64,000 nucleotides of DNA from Candidatus Aminicenantes bacterium (GTDB lineage Bacteria; Acidobacteriota; Aminicenantia; Aminicenantales; Aminicenantaceae): NCBI GenBank assembly GCA_014727835.1, contig WJMT01000024.1, forward strand, positions 1,309 to 65,308, given 5' to 3'. The position numbers were made by a program, and so were the translations under genes. Under the pieces are notes generated by a model. It ran no database searches. It saw only the letters and a program-made list of their open reading frames with translations, and was not told where the DNA came from. Below, in pieces: positions 1-8,833 of the stretch (its first letter is position 1; every line of letters starts with the position of its first letter).

Positions 1-1065
1 GGAACTCTTATCATCCACAATCAGATGATGTTTATCCAGAATAAGAATCTGGGATTTGACGAACAGAATATAATTATTGTTAAAGATCCCTTCAGAGAAG
101 TCATTCCTGAATATCAGGCTTTTAAAGAAGAGCTGCGCAGGCAGTCCAATGTCAAAGCTGTATCTGTATCCTCGGGAGTCCCTGGAATGGAATTAAACAC
201 CACCACAGTTCGACCAGAAGGATCCGAATTTAATGAATCCATTTCCATGGATGTTCTCATGGTGGATTATGACTTTATAGAGACAATGGGCATTCAGATA
301 GCTAAAGGCAGAAATTTTTCTAGAGATTTTGTTTCAGACCGGGGACGGGCTTTCATCATCAATCAGTCTGCCGCCCATAACTTGGGTTGGGAATCCCCAG
401 TGGGCCAAAAATTGGAAATCATTGGGGGCAGTCAAAAGGGAGAAGTCATTGGCATGGCCCAAGATTTCCACTGCAACTCCCTGCACCATATGATCGCCCC
501 CATGATGATGGTCCTTGTTCCCATGAGAGCCAAATATTTTGTGGTCAAAATCGGTTTTCACAACGTGCCCCAGACCATTGATTCAATCGGGCAGACTTGG
601 AACCGGTTTGCTGAAGGGGAGCCCTTTGATTATTCCTTTATGGACACCAGGTTGGACAATCTTTACCAATCAGAACAAAGTCTGGAGAAGACTTTAATCT
701 ATTTTTCCATCTTAGCTGTTTTTATTGCCTGCCTGGGTCTTTTTGGTCTGGCTTCTTTTGCTGCAGAGCAGCGCATCAAAGAAATAGGCATACGGAAAGT
801 CCTGGGGGCTTCTGTTTCCAGCTTGATGCTTCTTCTTTTCAAGGAATACACCAAGTGGGTGTTGCTGGCCAACATCATAGCCTGGCCTGCGGCATACTTT
901 ATCATGAGGAATTGGCTCCAAAATTTTGCCTACCGAACCAGTATGGAGCTCTGGAGTTTTATTTTAGCAGGGTCGCTGGCTTTGTTCATTGCTGTGGTCA
1001 CCATGAGCTTTCAAACAGTGAAAGCAGCTTTATCCAATCCGGTTGAAAATCTCCGCTACGAATAG
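1..1065 (+). CDS. ABC transporter permease, FtsX/MacB type, C-terminal fragment (5' end lies outside the window)
   Basis: The frame is open from base 1, with no stop before the first Met at 25. A soluble MacB-like region is followed by hydrophobic helices (LIYFSILAVFIACLGLFGLASF, WVLLANIIAWPAAYFIM, FILAGSLALFIAVVTMSF) and the FtsX-type loop EQRIKEIGIRKVLGAS. Confidence 0.8.
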   Translation, partial: GTLIIHNQMMFIQNKNLGFDEQNIIIVKDPFREVIPEYQAFKEELRRQSNVKAVSVSSGVPGMELNTTTVRPEGSEFNESISMDVLMVDYDFIETMGIQIAKGRNFSRDFVSDRGRAFIINQSAAHNLGWESPVGQKLEIIGGSQKGEVIGMAQDFHCNSLHHMIAPMMMVLVPMRAKYFVVKIGFHNVPQTIDSIGQTWNRFAEGEPFDYSFMDTRLDNLYQSEQSLEKTLIYFSILAVFIACLGLFGLASFAAEQRIKEIGIRKVLGASVSSLMLLLFKEYTKWVLLANIIAWPAAYFIMRNWLQNFAYRTSMELWSFILAGSLALFIAVVTMSFQTVKAALSNPVENLRYE

Positions 1066-1138
1066 GATCATAGACTGGGGAAGAAAAACTTTAAACTCAT
1101 GTTTTAGTTCAAGAGCCGAAAGGAAGGATATTTATCCG

Positions 1139-1163
1139 CTCTCAGCGCGGAGAGAATTTTTTT
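1139..1163 (+). terminator. Weak candidate intrinsic terminator after the permease gene
   Basis: CTCTC (1139-1143) pairs with GAGAG (1150-1154) across a 6-nt loop, followed by AA and T7 (1157-1163). The stem is only 5 bp, so support is weak. Confidence 0.3.
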
Positions 1164-1249
1164 GAATGAGGGCATTGTCCGTCAAAACATCTGGAGAAAA
1201 ATATCCTGGTCTGTGATATAATCCCACCAAATGAAACAGGGGGCCGGTC

Positions 1250-3235
1250 ATGAGAATAAAAACAGCTGCTGACGGCATCAAAAGACTTGTTTTGTTTTTT
1301 TTGATATTGTTCATCAGCATTTCTATTCACGCTCAAGAGAAAGGAATCCGCAGTCTTGATTTGAAAATAGCAGCAGATGAGGAATTCCGGAGCCAGAGCG
1401 ACTGGCAGCTTAAGGCCAAACGCTTGGTTTCCCGTTGTTCTCAAAGATTTGAACAGGAGTTCGGGATTCGGTTCCGGATTGAGAAATTTGTTTTCTGGAG
1501 TTCTGATAACAGCGCAGATTCTCTGTTTGAGCTGCTTCATAACCTCAGAAAACAGATTGCTCACCAAGATGGCGATGTGGTGGTGGGATTAACGTCTCAA
1601 TTTCGTGCAGACAGGAAATTATTCTATTCGGGCATTGCTGGCTATTTGAACAGTTATGTCCTGGTGAGGGAGCTGGAATCCGAATCCACCATGGAACAGA
1701 TGATGACCCATGAGATTTGCCATTTGTTTGGTGCGGCTGACCTCCATGAGAGCGGATCCATCATGGATGTCAAGAGTCCTGGCCGAACATTTGATGGATT
1801 CACCCAAAGCATCATTGCTCTAAACAAACACAGGGATTTCAGTCCTTTTGCGTTTCCGTTATCCGGAGCCAGCCTGGATAAGGCTGTGTCTTTGTATAGA
1901 GAAAGAAAATCAAAGGGCCTTGATGAGGAGAGTGTGAGTGTGCTTTTGGCCGTTTTTTTTCTGGAAATGGAGGATTACACCTCTATGATGGCTGAGTGCC
2001 GGGATTTGGTGAAACAAAGCCCAAATTCACCCGAAGCCCATAACCTTTTAGGGATTGTCCTGAGAAGAACAGGACAGATTGATGAGGCCATTTATGAATA
2101 CAAAAGAGCATTGAGTCTCCAAACCCGGTTCCCGGAACTTCACTACAACTTGGGGATCGCCTTGATGAAAAAAGGGCTTATGCAAGAGGCCATTAAGGAA
2201 TTTGAGGAAGCTGTCAGACAGTATCCCCGGTATGTCAAGGCATACTCCAATTTGGGACATGTGTATGTGGAAATGGATCAGGCAGACAGAGCTGAGGCTG
2301 CCTGCCGCAAAGCTCTTGCCGTATATCCTCAGTCTGCCGAAGCGCTTTCTACTTTAGGGGCAGCTCTGATTTTGAAAGGACAATATAAGGAGGCTGAGGA
2401 GGTTTCCAAAAAAGCACTTGAAATCAATCCCCAGCTTTACGGGCCTCATAACAATCTGGGAAGTGTTTACACCAACTTGAACAGACTTGATGAGGCGGTC
2501 AGAGAATACCAAACAGCTTTGGAAATAAAAGACGATTATCCGGAAGCCCATTACAATCTGGGGCGCACTTATTTCATGAAGGGAATGCTTCAACAAGCAG
2601 AAAAAGAGTATCAAGAAGCCATCCGATTGAAACCTGATTACGACATGGCTTTAACCAGTCTGGCTGCTGTTTATCTCAGCACAGGCAGCATGGATCAGGC
2701 CATCCAGAAATGCCGGGCCGCTCTTCAAGTCAATCCCCGCAATCCTGTATCCCATTACAATCTGGCCCATGCTCTCTACAGAAAAGGCTCTTTGAGCCAG
2801 GCTGAAAAAGAGTGCCGTAATGGTATGGACTTAGGATTGGTGAATCCTCAGACATACAGCCTTTTGGGGATCATTTTAGAGGAGAGAGGAAAAAGGGGAG
2901 AAGCTAAAAGACAGTTTACAAAGGCCCTTGAATTGAATCCTGGATTTATTGAAGCCCATTTGAACCTGGCAAATGTTTATTTCAAATCCAAAAATTTCTC
3001 CAAAGCTGAAGAGCATTACCAAAAAATCCTTGAAATAAATCCGCAGAACGGACAGGTCTGCCACTATTTGGCTTTGGTGTACTTTTATCTTAAAGAGTAT
3101 GATTTGTCCTTGGAATATGTCAAGAAAGCAGAACTTCTGGGTGTTCAGGTGAATCCTGATTTTAAAAAGGACCTTTTGAAACAGATCGAAAAAAAATCAT
3201 CTGAAACGGTCACATCTTCAAAAACCGGGCGTTGA
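1250..3235 (+). CDS. Secreted zincin-like metallopeptidase domain fused to a long TPR array
   Basis: The N-terminus looks like a signal peptide (LVLFFLILFISISIHAQ). HEICHLFGAAD at aa 154-164 fits HExxHxxGxxD. From about aa 235 onward there are about 12 tandem 34-aa TPR units with a repeating A..Y..AL...P....A..NLG pattern. An extended -10 (TGaTATAAT) lies at 1214-1222. Confidence 0.7.
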   Translation: MRIKTAADGIKRLVLFFLILFISISIHAQEKGIRSLDLKIAADEEFRSQSDWQLKAKRLVSRCSQRFEQEFGIRFRIEKFVFWSSDNSADSLFELLHNLRKQIAHQDGDVVVGLTSQFRADRKLFYSGIAGYLNSYVLVRELESESTMEQMMTHEICHLFGAADLHESGSIMDVKSPGRTFDGFTQSIIALNKHRDFSPFAFPLSGASLDKAVSLYRERKSKGLDEESVSVLLAVFFLEMEDYTSMMAECRDLVKQSPNSPEAHNLLGIVLRRTGQIDEAIYEYKRALSLQTRFPELHYNLGIALMKKGLMQEAIKEFEEAVRQYPRYVKAYSNLGHVYVEMDQADRAEAACRKALAVYPQSAEALSTLGAALILKGQYKEAEEVSKKALEINPQLYGPHNNLGSVYTNLNRLDEAVREYQTALEIKDDYPEAHYNLGRTYFMKGMLQQAEKEYQEAIRLKPDYDMALTSLAAVYLSTGSMDQAIQKCRAALQVNPRNPVSHYNLAHALYRKGSLSQAEKECRNGMDLGLVNPQTYSLLGIILEERGKRGEAKRQFTKALELNPGFIEAHLNLANVYFKSKNFSKAEEHYQKILEINPQNGQVCHYLALVYFYLKEYDLSLEYVKKAELLGVQVNPDFKKDLLKQIEKKSSETVTSSKTGR

Positions 3236-5162
3236 CTGCCACAATCACTGTGCTCAGACTCATCAGCACGGCCCCCACTGCAGGAGAAAGCAGTATTCCC
3301 AGAGGGAACAGGACTCCAGCGGCCAGAGGGATGGCCACGGCATTGTACCCTGTAGCCCAGATCAGGTTTTGAAACATCTTGGAATAGGTATTCCTTGAAA
3401 GAGCAATGATATCTGCCGCATTCCTGGGGTCATTTTTGACCAGGACAATATCTGCTGATTCCACAGCCACATCTGTCCCTGCTCCAATGGCCACTCCCAC
3501 ATCAGCCTGAACAAGAGCCGGAGCATCATTGACTCCATCACCCACCATAGCCACAATATTCTGTTTTTGAACCTGTTTGATTTTTTCGGATTTCTCATGT
3601 GGGAGGACTTCGGCAAAGTAGTCATCCAGTCCCAGCTCTTCAGAGACCCATTTGGCCACATATTTGTTATCACCAGTCAGCATAAGGCACTTGATGCCCA
3701 TTCTTTTGAGTTGGTCTACGGCATGTTTGGACTCCTCTCTGATCATGTCTGCCAGAGCCAAAGCTCCGAGAGGTTCCCTGTTTTTTAAAAGAAACACCAT
3801 GGTTTTTCCCTGTTTTTTTACTTTTTCTATCCGGTCGTTTTTGATCTGGATTTTGTTCTCTTCCAGAAAGGCCTGGCTGACGATCTGGTATTCTTGGCCC
3901 TCAACCGTGCCTTTCACCCCTTTTCCGGTTATGGATTCGAAATCTGTGACCTGAGCCAACTCCAGGTCTTTTTCCTGGCTGCTTTTCACGATCCCCTGGG
4001 CTATGGGATGTTCGGAATCGGATTCAAGGGCTGCGGCTGTTTTCAATATGTCCTCTTCTTTCAAGTCAGAGAGGGAAATGATATCTGTGACTCCGAACTG
4101 TCCTTGGGTCAGGGTGCCTGTTTTATCAAAAACAACAGCCTGAAGTTTTCTGGCTTTTTCAAAGGCCTGGCGTTCGCGGATGAGAAGTCCGGATTTGGCT
4201 CCCAGGGACGTGGAGACCGCCACCACCAAAGGGATGGCCAATCCCAAAGCATGGGGACATGTGATCACCATGACTGTGACCGACCGTTCTAAAGAAAAAA
4301 CAAAATCTTTTCCGTATAAAAGCCATGCCGCGAGCGTGACGCTTCCCACAGTCAGAGCAATGATGGTGAGAATAAAAGCAGCTTTATCTGCCAGATTCTG
4401 GGTCTTGGATTTGCTCTCTTTGGATTCTTTCACTAATTCGATAACCTGGTTGAGATAGGTCTCTTTTCCAGTCTTGTTGACTTTGACTTTGATGGATCCC
4501 TCTCCGTTAATAGAGCCTCCGATCACTTCATCTTGTTCTTTTCTATACACTGGCTTGGACTCACCGGTCAGCATGGACTCGTTGATGCTGGTCTCTCCTT
4601 CTGTGATCACTCCATCCACAGGGATTTTTTCTCCAGGTTTGACCAGAACAACATCATCCTTTGTGAGTTCCTCCACTTTCACATCAGCGGTTCCTGAATT
4701 TTTGACCAGATGAGCATTGGACGGCATGATTTTGACCAGCTCTTCCAGCGCTCTGGAAGCCCCCATGACTGAACGCATCTCGATCCAGTGGCCCAAAAGC
4801 ATGATGTCAATAAGAGTGGCCAGCTCCCAGAAAAAGAATTTTCCCTTAAGACCAAACACCACAGCGGAACTGTACACGTAAGCCACAGTGATGGCCACAG
4901 CAATCAAGGTCATCATCCCCGGCCTGGTTTTGAGTTCGTTTAAAAAACCATTAAGGAAAGGATAACCTCCGTAAAAAAAGACTGCAGTGGCAAGCACAAA
5001 AACAGCGTAGTTGGACCCCATGAATTTCAGGGTGAAGCCCAGAAAATTTTGAATAAGGGGAGAGAGAGCCAGGATAGGAAGGGTAAGAATGATGGAGACC
5101 ATGAATCTTTTTTTAAAGTCTTGGAGCATATGGGCATGATGATTTTCATGGTTCATGTTCAT
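3210..5162 (-). CDS. copB: Heavy-metal P1B-type ATPase, CopB-like (CPH subtype)
   Basis: Motifs present: DKTGTLT phosphorylation site, TGES actuator (MLTGESKPV), ITCPHALGLA (CPH membrane metal site) and GDGVNDAPAL hinge. The N-terminus is His-rich (MNMNHENHHAHM). There is no GMTCxxC HMA domain. Confidence 0.85.
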   Translation of the reverse strand: MNMNHENHHAHMLQDFKKRFMVSIILTLPILALSPLIQNFLGFTLKFMGSNYAVFVLATAVFFYGGYPFLNGFLNELKTRPGMMTLIAVAITVAYVYSSAVVFGLKGKFFFWELATLIDIMLLGHWIEMRSVMGASRALEELVKIMPSNAHLVKNSGTADVKVEELTKDDVVLVKPGEKIPVDGVITEGETSINESMLTGESKPVYRKEQDEVIGGSINGEGSIKVKVNKTGKETYLNQVIELVKESKESKSKTQNLADKAAFILTIIALTVGSVTLAAWLLYGKDFVFSLERSVTVMVITCPHALGLAIPLVVAVSTSLGAKSGLLIRERQAFEKARKLQAVVFDKTGTLTQGQFGVTDIISLSDLKEEDILKTAAALESDSEHPIAQGIVKSSQEKDLELAQVTDFESITGKGVKGTVEGQEYQIVSQAFLEENKIQIKNDRIEKVKKQGKTMVFLLKNREPLGALALADMIREESKHAVDQLKRMGIKCLMLTGDNKYVAKWVSEELGLDDYFAEVLPHEKSEKIKQVQKQNIVAMVGDGVNDAPALVQADVGVAIGAGTDVAVESADIVLVKNDPRNAADIIALSRNTYSKMFQNLIWATGYNAVAIPLAAGVLFPLGILLSPAVGAVLMSLSTVIVAVNARFLKM

Positions 5163-5175
5163 GACTTCTCTCCTG

Positions 5176-6321
5176 TTATTTGATTTTTGTTATGGTAATT
5201 TTGTATTTCATCCAATTCCCTTTGCTTCGGTTGATGACTTTTCCGTCTTCAAGAGGAAGTTTTTCGCTGGATAGACTGAAGAGAAATTCGGAAGATTTGA
5301 ACTTTCGATCATAAACGGTCTCGCCCAATTTTCCTAAAAGCCGCGGCGCACAGGTGACACACTTTATGGGAGTGTATTTTGGCCACTGGAGTTGAACCGT
5401 GTTTCCGGATGCCTTTCCGTTGAGCTTCTCTCCAGTGAGGTCTTTATCTTGACTGCCCCCACAATTTTTCTCTGTGCACCGGTAAAGGTCCTCGTGCTCA
5501 AACACCAGTGCGTGATCTAAAATGGAGTAAAAGATAAATCCGTCATTATAGGTTCGGGAAGCCCCTTTGCCCAGAGTTGTGAATTCAACGATGAGATTCC
5601 AGGTGAATTTCATTGAAATGGGGAGTTCTCCGGTGGTGGCCTTGAGTCTGGGATTATCAATGAAGGGCTGTAAAGTGTCGATTTCTTCTCCCTTTATCCC
5701 GACCCTCCAGCTTTCAATTCCGTATAAACGGAAGGTTGTTTGTCCTGAAAATTCCTGTGGAGATGGGTTGAGCGGCATGGCTCCGTAATCTACTACTTTT
5801 TCAGCCCCGTCTTTCAGTTCGATTTCCCAGCCTGGGGCGGTTCCTGGAGCCAGAGTGTGAGGGTCAAAGTCATCCACATAGTCTTGTTTTTCTGTGCCCA
5901 TAGGAGGAGGATAATTGATGGTTATGATCCCTTTGCACGGAATGTTCCCGTGTTCGAACCAAAAATTCATGTAGTTGCCGTTTTTCTTTCCTTTGACTTG
6001 GATGTCCCCCTTTCCTTTGAGAGGGCTGATGGACATGGCAGGATTGGGTGGATATTTGAAAGTGATGGTGACCTGGATTTCACCGGTTCCTGAAAAAGTT
6101 CCATCTTTGTGCGGGTTCAGGTAAGCATATCCCTCAGATTTTGTCTCCACTCCTGCTGTGCCGTAAGCTCCAGTTCCTTGATAAGAGATAGATGAGTTGA
6201 AATTCAAAAACAGCTTTTGTCCGGATTGAGCAGAGGCTTGGTGGAAGAAAAAAAATAAAAGGACAGAGAATGAAAAAATACCAAGACAAACCCGTTTTTT
6301 TTGTTTGATTGTTGGTTTCAT
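5176..6321 (-). CDS. Secreted hypothetical protein of unknown family, first gene of the copB operon
   Basis: Signal peptide (VCLGIFSFSVLLFFFFHQASAQ). The region is strongly coding-like, with no competing ORF. The stop lies 13 nt upstream of the copB start. I recognise no family motif. Several Cys are present (CKG, CTEKNCGG, CVTC). Confidence 0.6.
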   Translation of the reverse strand: MKPTIKQKKRVCLGIFSFSVLLFFFFHQASAQSGQKLFLNFNSSISYQGTGAYGTAGVETKSEGYAYLNPHKDGTFSGTGEIQVTITFKYPPNPAMSISPLKGKGDIQVKGKKNGNYMNFWFEHGNIPCKGIITINYPPPMGTEKQDYVDDFDPHTLAPGTAPGWEIELKDGAEKVVDYGAMPLNPSPQEFSGQTTFRLYGIESWRVGIKGEEIDTLQPFIDNPRLKATTGELPISMKFTWNLIVEFTTLGKGASRTYNDGFIFYSILDHALVFEHEDLYRCTEKNCGGSQDKDLTGEKLNGKASGNTVQLQWPKYTPIKCVTCAPRLLGKLGETVYDRKFKSSEFLFSLSSEKLPLEDGKVINRSKGNWMKYKITITKIK

Positions 6322-6368
6322 GGTCTTATGATCCCCTTATAATGATAGTGGTATCCAAATTCAAGGAC

Positions 6369-6397
6369 AACGTAGCACACCCCGTGCACGGTGTCAA
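6369..6397 (-). promoter_or_regulatory. Candidate sigma70 promoter for the 381-aa/copB operon, with a GC palindrome in the spacer
   Basis: Minus-strand reading: TTGACA (6397-6392), 17-nt spacer, TACGTT (6374-6369). The spacer holds the perfect 10-bp palindrome CCGTGCACGG (6382-6391) abutting the -35. Confidence 0.4.
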
Positions 6398-6434
6398 TAA
6401 ATCTGAAATGAATGGCTTTTTTTAATTATAAACC

Positions 6435-7559
6435 CTATTCCCAACTGACTTTATAGCGTTTGATGATGATGAATCCTTGATCTGTTTCTTCTGTGGAGTA
6501 GAGTTTGTTGTTTTTCCAAAGGACAGGATTTGCTTTGAGCGGCATCTGAGAAATAAACCGCCCTTCAGGATCAAAAATATCTAACATGTATTCTCCTTCT
6601 TGTTTTCCTTGTCTAAAAGTCCTGACAAAGATCCGTCCTTCATCATCCAGAGTGAAATGCTGGAACGCAGGATAGTGTTTTGGAAATTCAATCCTCTCTT
6701 TGAGATTGATCTCTCCGGTTTCAGGCATGCGTTCCAGGATTTCTTCTTTGTCCTTTTCGGAAATTTTGACAGGATCGTACTTTCTGGTGATGCTTTTGAT
6801 TGGCATGCCTTGAGGATTGAAGAATTTGATTTCGTATTCTTTGGATGTTCCGTAGACGATGTTTCCGTTTGCATCCAGGTTAAAGATGATCATCAGTTCA
6901 AACGGATTGATCTTCCCGGCAAGAGGATTTGGGAATTCCACTTTGTCTATGGTGAACAGTTCCTTCAGGGCCGAATCGTATTTTTTTACGGTCCAAAACA
7001 TTTTGTTTTGGTCCACTACAAGTTCACGACCCACCATGGTTCCTTTGGGCCCGATCAAAAGTCCTGTGAGCGAAGTCTTATCTGCAGTGGAGACACTTTT
7101 GATGAATTTTCCTTCAGGAGTGAAAAAGGAAAGTCTCCTGTTCATGACTTCTTCCACCATAAGGTTTCCATCCTCTGTGATCTGGATTCCTGTGGGCATA
7201 TTCAGCTCTCCAGGACCCTGGCCCTGCTTGCCTATAGTCCGGATCCAACCACCTGATGGGTCAAACACTTTGATGTTGTTGAGCTTCATATCTGCGATGT
7301 AGATGTTTTCATTCTCATCCACATTGATCAATACGGTTTCTGAGAATATTTCTTCTTGTTTTTCCACTCCACCGATAGACAAGTCTTCAGTAAGGATCAA
7401 TTTGGCCTGGGCATTGTTGGGGGGACTGGGTTTTTTCGGATTGGTGATGTATTCAACACCCTCTATGGTTTTCTTTTTTTGGAACCAGGAATCTGCAGGG
7501 ACTGCGAACAGGATACACGCTGCCAAAATAATGTAAAACATTTTTTTTGTGGAATTCAT
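6435..7559 (-). CDS. Secreted 6-bladed beta-propeller protein (NHL-like repeats)
   Basis: Repeated units of the type IYIAD...I.VFD..G..I..IG..G.GPGEL..P. The signal peptide MFYIILAACILFAV follows Met30. GGAGAG lies 6 nt before that ATG, and a -10-like TATAAT (7590-7595) sits inside the longer 7646 ORF extension, so the internal start is preferred. Confidence 0.7.
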   Translation of the reverse strand: MNSTKKMFYIILAACILFAVPADSWFQKKKTIEGVEYITNPKKPSPPNNAQAKLILTEDLSIGGVEKQEEIFSETVLINVDENENIYIADMKLNNIKVFDPSGGWIRTIGKQGQGPGELNMPTGIQITEDGNLMVEEVMNRRLSFFTPEGKFIKSVSTADKTSLTGLLIGPKGTMVGRELVVDQNKMFWTVKKYDSALKELFTIDKVEFPNPLAGKINPFELMIIFNLDANGNIVYGTSKEYEIKFFNPQGMPIKSITRKYDPVKISEKDKEEILERMPETGEINLKERIEFPKHYPAFQHFTLDDEGRIFVRTFRQGKQEGEYMLDIFDPEGRFISQMPLKANPVLWKNNKLYSTEETDQGFIIIKRYKVSWE

Positions 7560-7642
7560 GGGCATCTCTCCAATGGAATCATATCCATCATTATAGTACG
7601 ATGTTCTGTTTGTTGAGTTCAAAAAATAGATTTTCCTTGGTA

Positions 7643-8833
7643 TCAATCGCGCTGGAATCGAAGTAGCCGGCTGATTTTTTGCTTCCAGTGGCTGGCTTTA
7701 CGGATGAGCAGACCCATGGGCTGATTTTTTAATTTGATGGCATGGAACTGGCAGACTTCATGACAGCACATGCAGTGAATGCATTTGTTTTGTTCGATCC
7801 AGGCTTTCCCATTCACAATTTGAGCAGCTGCTGTGGGACAAATATCAATGCATTCCATACACGAAGTGCATTTTTTTGGAATGACTTCAGGGATGAAGGT
7901 CAATTGGTTTTGAATGAAGGAATGGAGGATTTGAGGAATTCTCCTCTGTATGATCCCCACAGCCACTGCTGAGTGTTTGAAATCTCTGGTTTTGATTCTT
8001 GAGATTTCTTCCCCCAGGATCTGTATTTTTTTAAGGTCTCCCACTCCCACTCCTCTTTGATGAGCATCCTGAGTAGAGTAGACGGAGATCGGATCAAGTC
8101 CCACTATTTGGGAGGCTACAGCATCCAGGGCAACTCCGTCTTCACTGATGAGGATGACATTTGTTTTTCTTGGGTTTCCTGAAGAAGGCCCTTCCCCTTC
8201 CATGGAATTGATTCCGTCCATGATGCTCAAGCAGGGCGGCACGCAAGAGTAGATGTCCACCAGCATTTCACTGAATTCGCTGGGAAGAGAAAACTGCTTA
8301 TGGTACTGAAGCCTGAGCCCGTAAGGAATGACTCCGTACATATTTTTCACAGCGCCTGTGAATATAGTGAAAGAATGGGTTTTGAGTTTGGGAAGGTTGA
8401 TCACATGATCTGATTCCAGGATGGGGGGAGAGATATAGATGCTTTTCAGATGTTTGCCGTTACATTTGATTTTTCGGAATCCGGCTTCCTTGAGATTGAT
8501 GAGCTCGACTTCCATTTCATCACAGATTTTTTGGTATCCTGAAGTGTGGAACCGGTCTTTTCCTTTGTACTGGATGTCATCCCCCACAGTGATATGGCAG
8601 CTCAGTGATTTCAATATCCCCAGGACTTCCCGGGTGAAAGACGGATGAGTGACAATTGCCTTTTCCGGTGGGGAAGGGGGAGACAGATGGTTGATTTTAA
8701 CAAAAACCCGGCTGTGGGGATTGATGATGTGCTGGATCCCCCCGAGAAGATTCAAGCCCTTTTTCAGGCCTGAATTAAGGTGTTCTTGCTGGTAGTCTTT
8801 GACTTGGACAAGAGAGACCTTGGATGGTTTCAT
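7643..8833 (-). CDS. DUF362 domain protein with C-terminal 2x[4Fe-4S] ferredoxin domain
   Basis: DUF362-like blocks: VFVKINHLSP, VTHPSF, LPKLKTHSFTIFTGAVKNMYG, MDGINSMEGEGPSSGNP, SEDGVALDAV. Two CxxCxxCxxxCP-type clusters: CTSCMECIDICP and CIHCMCCHEVCQ. The start at MKPSKV (8833) forms an ATGA overlap with the upstream stop. The 168-nt N-terminal ORF extension overlaps the upstream gene and is rejected. Confidence 0.75.
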   Translation of the reverse strand: MKPSKVSLVQVKDYQQEHLNSGLKKGLNLLGGIQHIINPHSRVFVKINHLSPPSPPEKAIVTHPSFTREVLGILKSLSCHITVGDDIQYKGKDRFHTSGYQKICDEMEVELINLKEAGFRKIKCNGKHLKSIYISPPILESDHVINLPKLKTHSFTIFTGAVKNMYGVIPYGLRLQYHKQFSLPSEFSEMLVDIYSCVPPCLSIMDGINSMEGEGPSSGNPRKTNVILISEDGVALDAVASQIVGLDPISVYSTQDAHQRGVGVGDLKKIQILGEEISRIKTRDFKHSAVAVGIIQRRIPQILHSFIQNQLTFIPEVIPKKCTSCMECIDICPTAAAQIVNGKAWIEQNKCIHCMCCHEVCQFHAIKLKNQPMGLLIRKASHWKQKISRLLRFQRD

